A stretch of 64,000 nt of DNA, from the NCBI RefSeq assembly GCF_963921235.1, contig NC_086097.1, forward strand, positions 175,896,001 to 175,960,000, in the 5' to 3' direction. Of the stretch, positions 57,601 to 64,000 are shown piece by piece. The notes under the pieces were generated by a model. It saw nothing but the letters and a program-made list of their open reading frames with translations. It did no database searches and was not told where the DNA came from. The DNA is from Mobula hypostoma. Lineage: Eukaryota. A program made the position numbers and the translations under genes. How positions within the stretch are numbered: position 1 is the first letter of the stretch; each line of letters starts with the position of its first letter.

Positions 57601-60376
57601 ATTATCTGAATGGTGGCCGATTAGGAAAAGGGGAGGTGCAACGAGACCTGGGTGTCATTATACACCAGTCATTGAAAGTGGGCATGCAGGTACAGCAGGC
57701 GGTGAAAAAGGCGAACGGTATGCTGGCATTTATAGCGAGAGGATTCGAGTACAGGAGCAGGGAGGTACTACTGCAGTTGTACAAAGCCTTGGTGAGACCA
57801 CACCTGGAGTATTGTGTGCAGTTTTGGTCCCCTAATCTGAGGAAAGACATCTTTGCCATAGAGGGAGTACAAAGAAGGTTCACCAGATTGATTCCTGGGA
57901 TGGCAGGTCTTTCATATGAAGAAAGACTGGATGAACTGGGCTTGTACTCGTTGGAATTTAGAAGATTGAGGGGGGATCTGATTGAAACGTATAAGATCCT
58001 AAAGGGATTGGACAGGCTAGATGCGGGAAGATTGTTCCCGATGTTGGGGAGGTCCAGAACGAGGGGTCACAGTTTGAGGATAGAGGGGAAGCCTTTTAGG
58101 ACCGAGATTAGGAAAAACTTCTTCACACAGAGAGTGGTGAATCTGTGGAATTCTCTGCCACAGCAAACTGTTGAGGCCAGTTCATTAGCTATGTTTAAAA
58201 GGAAGTTAGATATGGCCCTTGTGGCTACAGGGGTCAGGGGGTATGGAGGGAAGGCTGGGTTCTGAGTTGGATGATCAGCCATGATCATAATAAATGGCGG
58301 TGCAGGCTCGAAGGGCCGAATGGCCTACTCCTGCACCTATTTTCTATGTTTCTATATGCTGTTATCAATGTAATGTATAACTGAATCATAACTTTAGAAC
58401 TCTTCATTGTTAGATTTTATAGGTGTATCTGCATACCAGGCTTATTCACCAGGATACCAGGTGCCTCTGTGTCCCAGAACTCTAGAAACTCTCACATTAT
58501 CTCAATCTGCCAGGTCTTTCCCCATTCTCTTAATCTATCTTTACAAAAACTTAAGACATAGGAGACGAATAAGGCCATTCAGCCCATCAAGTCTGCACCA
58601 CATGCTTCGATTATGGCTTATTTTTCATCTCAACCCCATTCTCCTGCCTTCTCGCTGGAACCTTTGACACCCTTATTAATCAAGAACCATCAACCTCCAT
58701 TTAAAATGTGCCCTCTGACTTGGCTCCACAACTGTCTGTGGCAAAGAATTTCATATATGCACCACCTTCTGGCTAGAGAAATTTCTCCCCATTTCTGATC
58801 TAACAAGATGTCTTTGTATTCCGAGGCTGTGCCCTCTGGCTCTTAATTACCCCATTATTGGAAACAACCTCTCTGTGTCCTCTCTATCTAGTCCTTTCAA
58901 TATTCGATAGGCTTCAATGAGCTTTCCCCTCATTTTTCTAAACTCCAACAAGTACAGGCCCAGACCCATCTAATGCTGCTTATATATTCCTGAGACCATT
59001 TTCATAATCCTCTGGCCCCTCTCTAATGCCAACACATCCCTTCTTAGATATGGGGCCCAGAACTGCTCATAATATTCTAATATGTTCTGATCAATGCCTT
59101 ATAAAGTTTCCACATTACATCCTTGCCTTTATATTCTAGTCCTCTTGAAACGAATGCCTTCTTCACCACTTACTTTCAGCAACACACACAAAACACTGGA
59201 GGAATGAAATGGCTCATGCAGCATCTATGGAGGGAAAAGGGCATTCAACACTTTGGCCTGCAGCTCTTCAGCAGGACTGGAAAGATAGAGGGAAGATGGT
59301 GGGGTGGGAAGGGGTGGAGCAAGTGCTGGTAGGCGATAGCGGGATCCAGGTGAGATGGGGGGGGGGGATAATAGGCAGGTGAGGGAGGGGATGAGTGGGA
59401 ATGATGCAAGAAACTGCGGGGTGTTGGGTGAAAGTATCAAAAGGCTAAAAAAGATGAACTCTGAAAGGAGGGCATGGGATAAAAGGAATAGGGTGAGGGC
59501 AACATGGTGACTTAGTGCTGGAGGTTACTATGCCTATACCTTATCCCCAGAATTCCATTGTTTGCCAAAGGCCTGTAGCATGCCATATGAATTCCCAGGC
59601 TATTCAGGTAAGATTTACACTATTATTAGCCTGTCCTGGGGTTGCAGTGGGAGGGAGAAAAGGAGGGAAGTGTGTGAGAGTTGGAAGGAGGAAGGGGCCT
59701 TGATTTGTTATAGCATTGCTGTTGTGGATGCTTGTGTTGTTCTGGGCATGGTGGGCGTGCTTAGCTGGCACCAGAATGCGTGGTGAACTTGCTGGCTGCA
59801 CCCCCCCGCCACCCCCGGCACATCCTGGTTGCTAAAGCTAACAATACATTTCACTGTATGTTTGGATGTATATGCGAATGAGACTGCAGGCACAATTACA
59901 GTTTCTAAATTAGTGTTAGGCTAATTATGATCGAAGCATTGAGCAGTGTGGGCTTCACAGGCTGAACCAAGACAGGCTCCCCACCCTCCACTGTATGTCG
60001 ATGACAATAATGCAACAATTCCCAAACACAAGCGATTCTGCAGATGCTGGAAATCTTGAGAAATACATGCAAAATACTGCAGAAACTCAGCAAGTCAAGC
60101 AGCATCTCTGGAGGGGAATAAACAGTTGAATGCTATTGACCCCAGTCTTGAATGTTCTCAGTAATAAACCAATTCCAATTCTGATCATCTGCTCTCTGGA
60201 TGCATGTCTACACAATGTGGGTCAAACTACTGATATCAACCTACAATGGCAATGGGATTATTGCTTGGGGGCTCATTTTCTCGAACATCGATAGGCGGAG
60301 AGATCCATTCTCGCTTCTGGCGGTGGGAGGTCCTCCTGGTTGGAAATCGGATGACTTGGATTCCTCTCCTTTCAGC
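2811..60376 (-). CDS. DSG2: Desmoglein (DSG2-like desmosomal cadherin), 13 coding exons (equivalent to exons 3-15); 5' exons outside the window
   Basis: Hand-spliced exons give one open frame of 3087 nt: short propeptide with furin site RQKR|EWISPP (Trp2), EC1-EC4 with DRE/DxNDN/DxD Ca2+ motifs, EC5/anchor, TM, juxtamembrane CxC, ICS (LLIYNSEG..SPVGSLGCCS..FLNDLDPKFKMLAKIC) and NVVVT-type repeat tail. Intron phases 0,0,1,0,0,0,2,1,1,1,0,0 match the desmoglein pattern as I recall it. The family call is solid; orthology to DSG2 specifically is not proven. Confidence 0.9.
4389..5063 (+). mobile_element. Tigger-type non-autonomous DNA transposon, right half only (same family as 42520-44101)
   Basis: Colinear with 43430-44101; ends in TIR ...ggcgggggaaacctg followed by TA; embedded in a Penelope-like remnant (EQHLIFRL codons at ~4363-4386). 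Confidence 0.85.
7446..7745 (-). CDS. DSG2: Desmoglein exon 14 (intracellular region, ICS start)
   Basis: ttacag|CTG...CGG|gtatgt; 300 nt open; ends MLSGASRSFVKQYINR, comparable to the desmoglein 'FL.xYF.xK' motif. Confidence 0.82.
9721..9857 (-). CDS. DSG2: Desmoglein exon 13 (TM end, juxtamembrane region); absent from the ORF track
   Basis: ttctag|TT...ACG|gtttgt; 137 nt; LPLLLLFCKCGSGFGGKNSFILEERNRVDGTLGQSSIEGGGQVDT; phase 1 to 0 fits both neighbours. Confidence 0.9.
10490..13050 (-). mobile_element. Decayed CR1 LINE (endonuclease to RT to 3' end)
   Basis: Minus-strand ORFs carry CR1 ORF2 motifs: [48 protein letters not shown]. Confidence 0.9.
12519..12722 (+). mobile_element. tRNA-derived SINE inserted in the CR1
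   Basis: A-box-like tggtgtagtg, B-box gttcgaatcc, (TTC)n tail, imperfect TSD aatagtgata/aataatgaca; the CR1 resumes on both sides. Confidence 0.75.
14789..15019 (-). CDS. DSG2: Desmoglein exon 12 (anchor and transmembrane helix)
   Basis: ttaaag|CG...C|gtaagt; 231 nt; TSMRLVPLKHLWPGVFSVPVWIEDADSKGHTVTLDVHVTDCYTIDHCSSDRLIQSKVELGGSAVALIILSLLLLLL. Confidence 0.94.
15120..15570 (+). repeat. G-rich low-complexity tract
   Basis: Dense GGG/GGGG runs with imperfect ggggtaggtgggg(t)gcc.aggg units. Confidence 0.75.
16181..16393 (-). CDS. DSG2: Desmoglein exon 11 (EC4 end, EC5/anchor)
   Basis: ctacag|GA...G|gtaaga; 213 nt; GSSDTTTGTIVINVEDINDHVPKFTNPQPCMCSQAEYLNVTANDADGAPFGAPFHFNIQSNQMWKLGQTD. Confidence 0.95.
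16796..17628 (+). mobile_element. Solo LTR (833 bp)
   Basis: TG...CA termini (tgtcatgtg / tacgtaaca), 4-bp TSD ATTG on both sides, TATA-like gggataaaagg (~16994), internal 21-bp duplication gaagacatcaaaaggtctgcc. Confidence 0.8.
18992..19137 (-). CDS. DSG2: Desmoglein exon 10 (EC4)
   Basis: caacag|G...C|gtgagt; 146 nt after an 86-nt intron; YAKDRDMANWLSIDSQTGKVTIDGVIDRESEYVIDGKYTATVLAISNE. Confidence 0.95.
19224..19486 (-). CDS. DSG2: Desmoglein exon 9 (EC3 end, EC4 start)
   Basis: acccag|GAG...AA|gtaagt; 263 nt; ELDFEEMEQIHLVIRLSNKAPYHH...VKNVAEGIVFKPS...IGIYPAVSADTGQPLEMT. Confidence 0.95.
19616..20668 (+). mobile_element. 5'-truncated CR1 LINE (RT C-terminal half and 3' UTR)
   Basis: [34 protein letters not shown]; one frameshift near 20110; tail (tcttatgg)n. 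Confidence 0.93.
21423..21503. mobile_element. Short hAT-like MITE
   Basis: Inverted termini cagaggttcccaa / ttgggaaccctg; no clean 8-bp TSD. Confidence 0.45.
21714..22223 (-). mobile_element. 5'-truncated L1-type LINE (ORF2 C-terminus and 3' UTR)
   Basis: Minus strand reads ELNAPTTFFWFSQTILCLNLEKIRSNLYDSSFKFEQIWGPFIRYFHLM*, then AATAAA and a (GAAA)n tail; exact 13-bp TSD ctgatgttttttc at 21701 and 22224. Confidence 0.85.
22260..22950 (+). mobile_element. Rex1/Babar-type LINE 3' fragment
   Basis: SFKFLGV, KKARQRLYF, HPGHALFSLLPSGRRYRSL, NSFFPSAIR; tail gataataaacctgattctgat; closely similar to 61700-62379. Confidence 0.8.
23928..24113 (-). CDS. DSG2: Desmoglein exon 8 (EC3)
   Basis: cttcag|TAT...AAG|gtaagg; 186 nt; YEVTVEENVLASEILRMEVQDRDLEFTDNWLAHFDIIEGNEQEHFKIEVDNRTNVGILNLQK. 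The DxDxEFTDNWLA motif is typical of desmogleins. Confidence 0.96.
25292..25687 (+). mobile_element. CR1 LINE 3' end
   Basis: MRGDLIETYKIIKG...RTRGHSLRI...FTQRVV; tail ctattgtctattg; near-TSD gaatgagatg/gaatgatatg. Confidence 0.88.
29485..29667. mobile_element. 183-bp Penelope-derived palindromic insertion inside the CR1
   Basis: Exact 14-bp TSD attatctgaatggt (29471-29484, 29668-29681); absent from the sister CR1 at ~57601; inverted repeat 29565-29669 with 52-bp arms. Confidence 0.88.
29616..29652 (+). ncRNA. Minimal type I hammerhead ribozyme motif (Penelope pLTR type)
   Basis: CTGACGA (29620-26), short stem II, GAAAC-GTC (29640-47), gactg; mirrored copy on the minus strand at 29583-29619 (agtc-CTGACAA-agggtctcggcct-GAAAC-GTC-gact). 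Activity untested. Confidence 0.65.
31038..31172 (-). CDS. DSG2: Desmoglein exon 7 (EC2 end)
   Basis: atgaag|ACG...ACG|gtaagc; 135 nt; TKDLYSLRIEARDLGGNINGLHATTTVRIKILDVNDNIPSLEKTT. Confidence 0.93.
31481..32195 (+). mobile_element. Rex1/Babar-type LINE 3' fragment
   Basis: TKEVVMDFRK, YKCLGVHLDNRLEWS, LYFLMRLRPF; ends gggatcaataaagtatctgtct. Confidence 0.75.
34735..34883 (-). CDS. DSG2: Desmoglein exon 6 (EC2)
   Basis: ccccag|GT...GAG|gttagt; 149 nt; (G)TAALTIRATDKDIGENGMISYSIIDIHKKIFAVSSDGVVQVMDPKLDRE. Confidence 0.93.
35271..35525 (+). mobile_element. L1-like 3' UTR fragment inserted in a CR1 remnant
   Basis: T-rich sequence ending aataaaaagatttgaaaacaaagaga, the same terminus as the L1 at 21714-22223. 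Confidence 0.5.
37061..37205 (-). CDS. DSG2: Desmoglein exon 5 (EC1 end with CAR site, EC2 start)
   Basis: tctcag|ATT...G|gtgagt; 145 nt; IIGHAYDQFGVQKETPIDLFIKVLDVNDNPPEFNQTVFEGSVEELSLT. Confidence 0.95.
37660..38080 (+). mobile_element. Rex1/Babar-type LINE RT fragment
   Basis: EWCHNNNLSVNVNKTKLIIDFR; KKAQQHLYFL...TLTNFYRCVV. Confidence 0.75.
38851..39771. mobile_element. Tigger/pogo-type non-autonomous DNA transposon (921 bp)
   Basis: TIRs caggttgagtaccc / ggggtgctcaacctg, flanked by TA on both sides; contains a short CR1 piece at ~39220-39310. Confidence 0.88.
41069..41705 (+). repeat. Gypsy 5' LTR
   Basis: tgtagggctctcagtaatattag...gccctgagcattaca; direct repeat of 49149-49785. Confidence 0.95.
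42520..44101 (+). mobile_element. Internally deleted Tigger (pogo-like) DNA transposon nested in the Gypsy gag
   Basis: TA TSD (42518-19, 44102-03); imperfect TIRs caggtgtccccagcttttcgaa / ttcggatggcggggagac; transposase N-terminal HTH piece (VKLDIIKRFDRGERSKDKV) fused to a C-terminal piece (DDVVKVLASHDLELINEEVMQLEEE...YDFNFER...YKELYD). Confidence 0.9.
43355..43532. repeat. Inverted repeat (hairpin) with ~70-bp arms inside the Tigger element
   Basis: ccgggatgcacccagcacatctttaagaaaaaaagccgaaataaacatgctaattaattaggtgc (from 43355) versus gcacctaattaattagcatgtttatttcggcttttttcttaaagatgcgctgtgtgcctcccgg (to 43532). Confidence 0.92.
44788..49107 (+). pseudogene. Gypsy pol (protease, RT, RNase H, integrase), disrupted
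   Basis: RICLDYRTLN, FSVLDLRSGYYQI, MPQG, VYLDDLIVF, LHTDAS, HDDSGHLG..YWPRM..C..C, LVCMDFL, DHYTRYA, PYYLMFGRKARLPID; many stops and frameshifts plus an RNase H deletion near 46935. Confidence 0.93.
49149..49785 (+). repeat. Gypsy 3' LTR
   Basis: tgtagggttctcagtaatattag...gccctgagcgttaca. Confidence 0.95.
50920..51081 (-). CDS. DSG2: Desmoglein exon 4 (EC1)
   Basis: ccttag|ATC...ACG|gtaagt; 162 nt; IRSDFDSLPDVKITYKITGPGADKPPIGLFVIDSLTGNLIITGKVDREVTPNFT. Confidence 0.95.
51139..52237. mobile_element. Tigger-like MITE with an internal insertion
   Basis: TIRs cagtagattctggttaattggg / cccaattaaccggaatccactg; starts about 57 bp from the exon 4 acceptor; TA TSDs eroded. Confidence 0.8.
51592..52047 (+). 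mobile_element. Possible RTE 5'-UTR-derived non-autonomous element
   Basis: Compositionally distinct block; ctcttgcctgtggct...cacacccc...gggctaaactaggtgaagg resembles vertebrate RTE 5' ends from memory; ends in caacaacca. Confidence 0.4.
53230..54090 (+). pseudogene. Endogenous retrovirus integrase relic (split by a SINE)
   Basis: VVHLQMDIMLLPKCMGKNYVLVFV (from 53382), WVEACQTLRSDAVTIAKF (53467-53520), FDIPETMSNNNNSHFTDSLVQELTK (from 53765), NCPY, QRNGLLKS, VLPLALITM, HEIIL, in retroviral integrase order. Confidence 0.8.
53525..53755 (+). mobile_element. tRNA-derived V-SINE-like element inserted in the ERV integrase
   Basis: tagtgtagtggttagtgc A-box, gagttcaatt B-box-like, ggttcctcccatgttccaaaaatgtgcaggttag V-domain-like, A-rich tail. 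Related copies at 32440-32700 (-), 33555-33720 and 36360-36480. Confidence 0.6.
54090..55107 (+). pseudogene. Endogenous retrovirus env relic (gamma-type TM subunit)
   Basis: PINGTY*GC, WRCCCFLAYVTP, IISMAFELEKLA, ITAEMVTLQNPLAFD/LLVEKGGT*AIISQKCCMYIPDRTENITNLA (ISD plus CX6CC, first Cys read as TGA), hydrophobic SWGNSIVQWAMGAIFFLVVTFV, then a purine tract aaaagaaaaggga (55095-55107). Confidence 0.85.
55821..58355 (+). mobile_element. Young 5'-truncated CR1 LINE with an uninterrupted ORF2 frame
   Basis: ORF 55803-58265 (820 aa) with endonuclease C-half and a complete RT, no stops; tail tattttctatgtttctat; same subfamily as 27211-30428. Confidence 0.96.
58550..59170 (-). mobile_element. Decayed CR1 3' end
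   Basis: Reverse complement of CR1 3' sequence similar to 10490-11150. Confidence 0.75.
60245..60376 (-). CDS. DSG2: Desmoglein exon 3: propeptide, furin site, mature N-terminus
   Basis: ttttcacag|GCT...ATT|gtaggt; 132 nt; AERRGIQVIRFPTRRTSHRQKREWISPPIDVRENEPPSNNPIAI. Confidence 0.93.
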
Positions 60377-60414
60377 CTGTGAAAACAAAAAATAGCTTTA
60401 GATCTACACAAAGA

Positions 60415-60704
60415 CGCAACATTTTGGACCAGTGGAAATGGTCCAGAAGGGTTGTATGGAAACTATTATTACCATTTTTCTTAACAACTAATTTCATTAC
60501 TTAGCCTAATAGATTAGATTTACCACAGTACATAATTATCTATTTAAATGTTTATTTTGCTTTTATATCATCTCAATGCGTACTTAAGAATGTATAAATA
60601 ATTGTAGTTCTATATATATAAAAAAATGGAAAAGGTTATATGTGTGAAAAAAGTACATGATAATTGTGAAATCCTTATCCAAATAAAAATAAAATTAAAA
60701 AAAA
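60415..60704 (+). mobile_element. 290-bp poly(A) retro-insertion (L1-like 3' UTR) beside the exon 3 acceptor
   Basis: AATAAA and A-tail at 60682-60704; 15-bp TSD agatctacacaaaga (60400-14) / agacctacacaaaga (60705-19). Confidence 0.8.
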
Positions 60705-61383
60705 AGACCTACACAAAGATGACAAAAGATTAACCATTAATCCCAGTGCAATGTGATAGAGTCATTACTTGTATAAACAACACGTCACCAACTAACTAGA
60801 TTGTTCATGAATGTGTGACTACATTCATTTATTCTCAGAAACAAGTTTAGCTTTGCCACAAGCTTTTACTGTAGCTGAGAACACAGCCAAGTTTCAAAGG
60901 GATGGGCAGGGTAGAGATGAGATAAAGGTTATGCTTTGTGGAAATTTGATTGAAACTGGTTTGTTTCCCTAAGGGAGATATGAAGTTAGGCAAGTAACTA
61001 AAATACAACTTTCCTTTCGATACATTCAGGACTCAGGACCTGGGAAACTCTTCAGACACACGCAGGTGGATCTGTTGGTTCTAGTCAGTAAGTAAGATGA
61101 GCTCCTGAACTCACAATTTCTTCTCCCCACCTCATTTCTAGCAGCAGATACAAAACCCCGAAAGTATATGTCACCAGGCTCAAGGATAGCTGCCATCCCA
61201 CTGTTATACAACTACTGAACAGTCCCTTAGTACGTTAAGATGGACTCAGCCTCACAATCTACCTCATTATTGCCTTGCATCTTATTGTCTTCCTGTACTG
61301 CAGTCTCTCTGTAACTGTAACACTATTCTGCATTCTGTTATTGTTTTTCCCCTTGTACTACCTTAATATACTGATGTGATGAA

Positions 61384-62379
61384 ATCTTCCTCGCTGACAA
61401 ACAACACTGGTGCATCTCAGGGGTGTGTGCTTAGCCCACTGCTCTACTCTCTATATACACATGACTGTGTGGCTAGGCATAGCTCAAATACCATCTATAA
61501 ATTTGCTTATGATACAACCATTGTTGGTAGAGTCTCAGAGGGTGACGAGAGGGTGTGCAGGAGTGAGATATGCCAACTAGTGGAGTGGTGCCACAGCAAC
61601 AACCTGGCACTCAACATCAGCAAGACGAAAGAGCTGATGGCGGACTTTAGGAAGGGTAAGACGAAGGAACACATACCAATCCTCAGAGGGATTAGAGGTG
61701 GAGAGAGTGAGTAGCTTCAAATTCTTGGGTGTCAAGATCTCTCAGGATCTAACCTGGTACCAACTTATCAATGTAGTTATAAAGAAGGCAAAAATGACTA
61801 TACTTTATTAGGAGTTTGAAGAGATTTGGCATGTCAACAAATACACTCAAAAACTTCTATAGTTGTACCGTGTATTCTGACAGGCTGCACCACTGTCTGG
61901 TATTGAGGGGCTACTGCACAGGACCGAAAGAAGCTGCAGAAGGTTGTAAATCTAGTCAGCTTCACCTTGGGCACTAGTGTACAAAGTACCCAGGACATCT
62001 TTAGGGAACAGTGTCTCAGAAAGGCAGTGCCCATTATTAAGGACCTCCAGCACCCAGGGCATGCCCTTTTCTCACTGTTACCATCAGGTAGGAGGTACAG
62101 AAGCCTGAAGGCACACAGCAACTCAGGAACAGCTTCTTCCCCTCTGCCATCCAATTCTTAAATGGACATTGAAGCTTTGGACACTACCTCACTGTTTTTT
62201 TTTTAAATATACAGTATTTCTGTTCATGCACTTTTTGAATCTATTCAATATACGTAATTGATTTACTATGTTTTATTTATTGTTATTTTTTTCTCTGCTA
62301 GATTACGTATTGCATTGAACTGCTGCTGCTAAGTTAACAAATTTCACGTCACATGCCGGTGATAATAAACCTGATTCTG
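61384..62379 (+). mobile_element. Rex1/Babar-type LINE (RT C-terminal half and 3' end)
   Basis: TGASQGCVLSPLLYSLYTHDC, KFAYDTTIVG, EWCHSNNLALNISKTKELMADFRK; tail aataaacctgattctg. Confidence 0.85.
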
Positions 62380-62399
62380 GTCATCTGCATGGATCTATG

Positions 62400-63495
62400 G
62401 AGTTACAGGGCAGATACTGGCATGGATAGAAGAATGACTGACAGGCAGGAGGCAGCAAATGGGAATAAAGGGGGCTTTTTCTGGTTGGCTACCAGTGACT
62501 AGTGGTGTTCCTCAGGGGTCAGTTTTGGACAACTACTTTTCACATCGTTTGTCAATGATTTAGATCATGGAATTGATGACTTTGTGGCAAAGTTTGTGGA
62601 GGATACAAAGATAGGCAGAGGGGTAGGTAGTGCTAAGGAAGCAATGCAATTGCAGCAGGACTTTGACAAATTGGAAGAATGGGCAAAAATGTGGCAGATG
62701 GAATACAGTGTTGGGAAATGTATAATAATGGATTTTGGTTGAAAAAAAAAGTGCAGACTATATCTAAATATGGAGAAAATTCAAACAAAGGTGCGAGGGG
62801 ACTTGGGAGTCCTCGTGCAAGACTCCCAGGTTAATTTACAGGTTGACCCTGTGGTAAAGGTGGCAAATGCAATGTTGGCATTTATTTCAAGGAGAATAGA
62901 ATATAAAAGAAAGGAGATAATGCTGAGGCTTTTATAAGGCATTAGTCAGACCACACTTGGAATATTATCAACAGTTTTGTGCCCCATATCTCAGAAAGGA
63001 TACGTTGTCATTGGAGAGAGTCCAGAGGAGGTTCACGAGGATGACTGACAAGAGGAGCATTTGATAGCTTTGAGCCTTGACTCACAGGAATTTAGAAGAA
63101 TGTGGGGGGGGGGGGAAGGGGTGAATCTCACTGAAGCATACTGAATGTTGAAAGGACTAGATAAGGTGGATGTTGAGAGGTGGTTTCCTATGGTGGGGGG
63201 GGGGTATTATGGTGGAGGGCACAGCGTCAAAATCGAGGGATGACCTGTTAGAACAGAGGCGAGGAGGAATATTTTCAGTCAGAGTAGTGAATCTGTAAAA
63301 TGCTCTACCACAGGCTGCAGTGGAGACCAAATTGGTGGGTATACTTAAAGCAAAAATTGATAGTTTCCTGATTGGTCAGGGCTTCAAAGGGTATGGCAAG
63401 AAGGCAGGTGTATGGGGTTGAGTGCGATCTAGAATCAGGGAATGGTGGAGCAGACTTGATGAGCTGAATGGCCTAATTCTGCTCCTATGTTTTAT
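62400..63495 (+). mobile_element. Decayed CR1 3' half
   Basis: Colinear with 19616-20668 ([27 protein letters not shown]) with many disruptions. Confidence 0.85.
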
Positions 63496-64000
63496 GGATG
63501 GCATTGTGTTTGGCAGACATTTTGAGCCGAAGGATCTGACCCTGTCCGGTACTGCTTTATGTTCTTTCTTCTGTGTTATTGTGCATGTAAATAAGTTTGC
63601 ATAGATTTTGAAGGTCACCAAAATCTTTCACAAACTTCGATAGATGCACAGTGGAGAGCAACTTAACTGGTTTCATCATGGCTTATTAAGGAAATGCCTA
63701 TGCCTAGGAATGGAAAAGGTTACAGAATGTGATGGACAGCTTAGTCCATCACAAAGCCCTCCCTATGTGAGTACATTTACATGGAGAATTGCTATAATAG
63801 AGCAGTATCCATCAAAAACCACTGAAGACTCTCACCTTCCAGGTCATGCTCTCTTCTCACACCATTGAGAAAGTACAGATGCCTCAGGTCCCACACCATC
63901 AGGTCCAGGAACAGTTATTAACCTACAACCATCAGGTTCCTGAATCGATCTGGATAAATTCATTCACCACAACTCTTAACTGTGTCTATGACCTACTGAC

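Noticed and set aside
60720..64000. Search for desmoglein exons 1-2 (signal peptide)
   Set aside because: No hydrophobic AG/GT-bounded exon found; the region is mostly LINE debris, so these exons probably lie beyond the window, although a ~35-nt exon could be missed.
1..64000. CRISPR array or prokaryotic operon
   Set aside because: No regularly spaced direct repeats; the sequence is spliceosomal-intron, TE-rich vertebrate DNA, and the GTG/TTG starts in the ORF track are not meaningful here.

Overview
Eukaryotic (vertebrate) genomic DNA. The repeat content (CR1 and Rex/Babar LINEs, Penelope-derived short repeats, V-SINE and DeuSINE-like SINEs) suggests a cartilaginous fish; this is inference. 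The window is spanned on the minus strand by one desmoglein gene (DSG2-like). I assembled 13 coding exons by hand, equivalent to exons 3-15 (60376 down to the stop at 2811). All have AG/GT borders and join in one continuous frame of 3087 nt (1028 aa plus stop). Exons 1-2 were not found and probably lie beyond the right edge. The introns are packed with mobile DNA: a full-length but decayed Gypsy LTR element with a PNMA-like Gag, itself interrupted by a Tigger-type DNA transposon with an internal hairpin; a solo LTR; two young CR1 copies of one subfamily; L1-type 3' ends; and Tigger MITEs. Two items the ORF track largely misses stand out: a decayed endogenous retrovirus (integrase plus gamma-type env) in intron 3, and about a dozen Penelope-derived repeats carrying minimal hammerhead-ribozyme motifs, the best-preserved being a 183-bp hairpin insertion with a 14-bp target-site duplication. 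No prokaryotic features or CRISPR arrays were seen.
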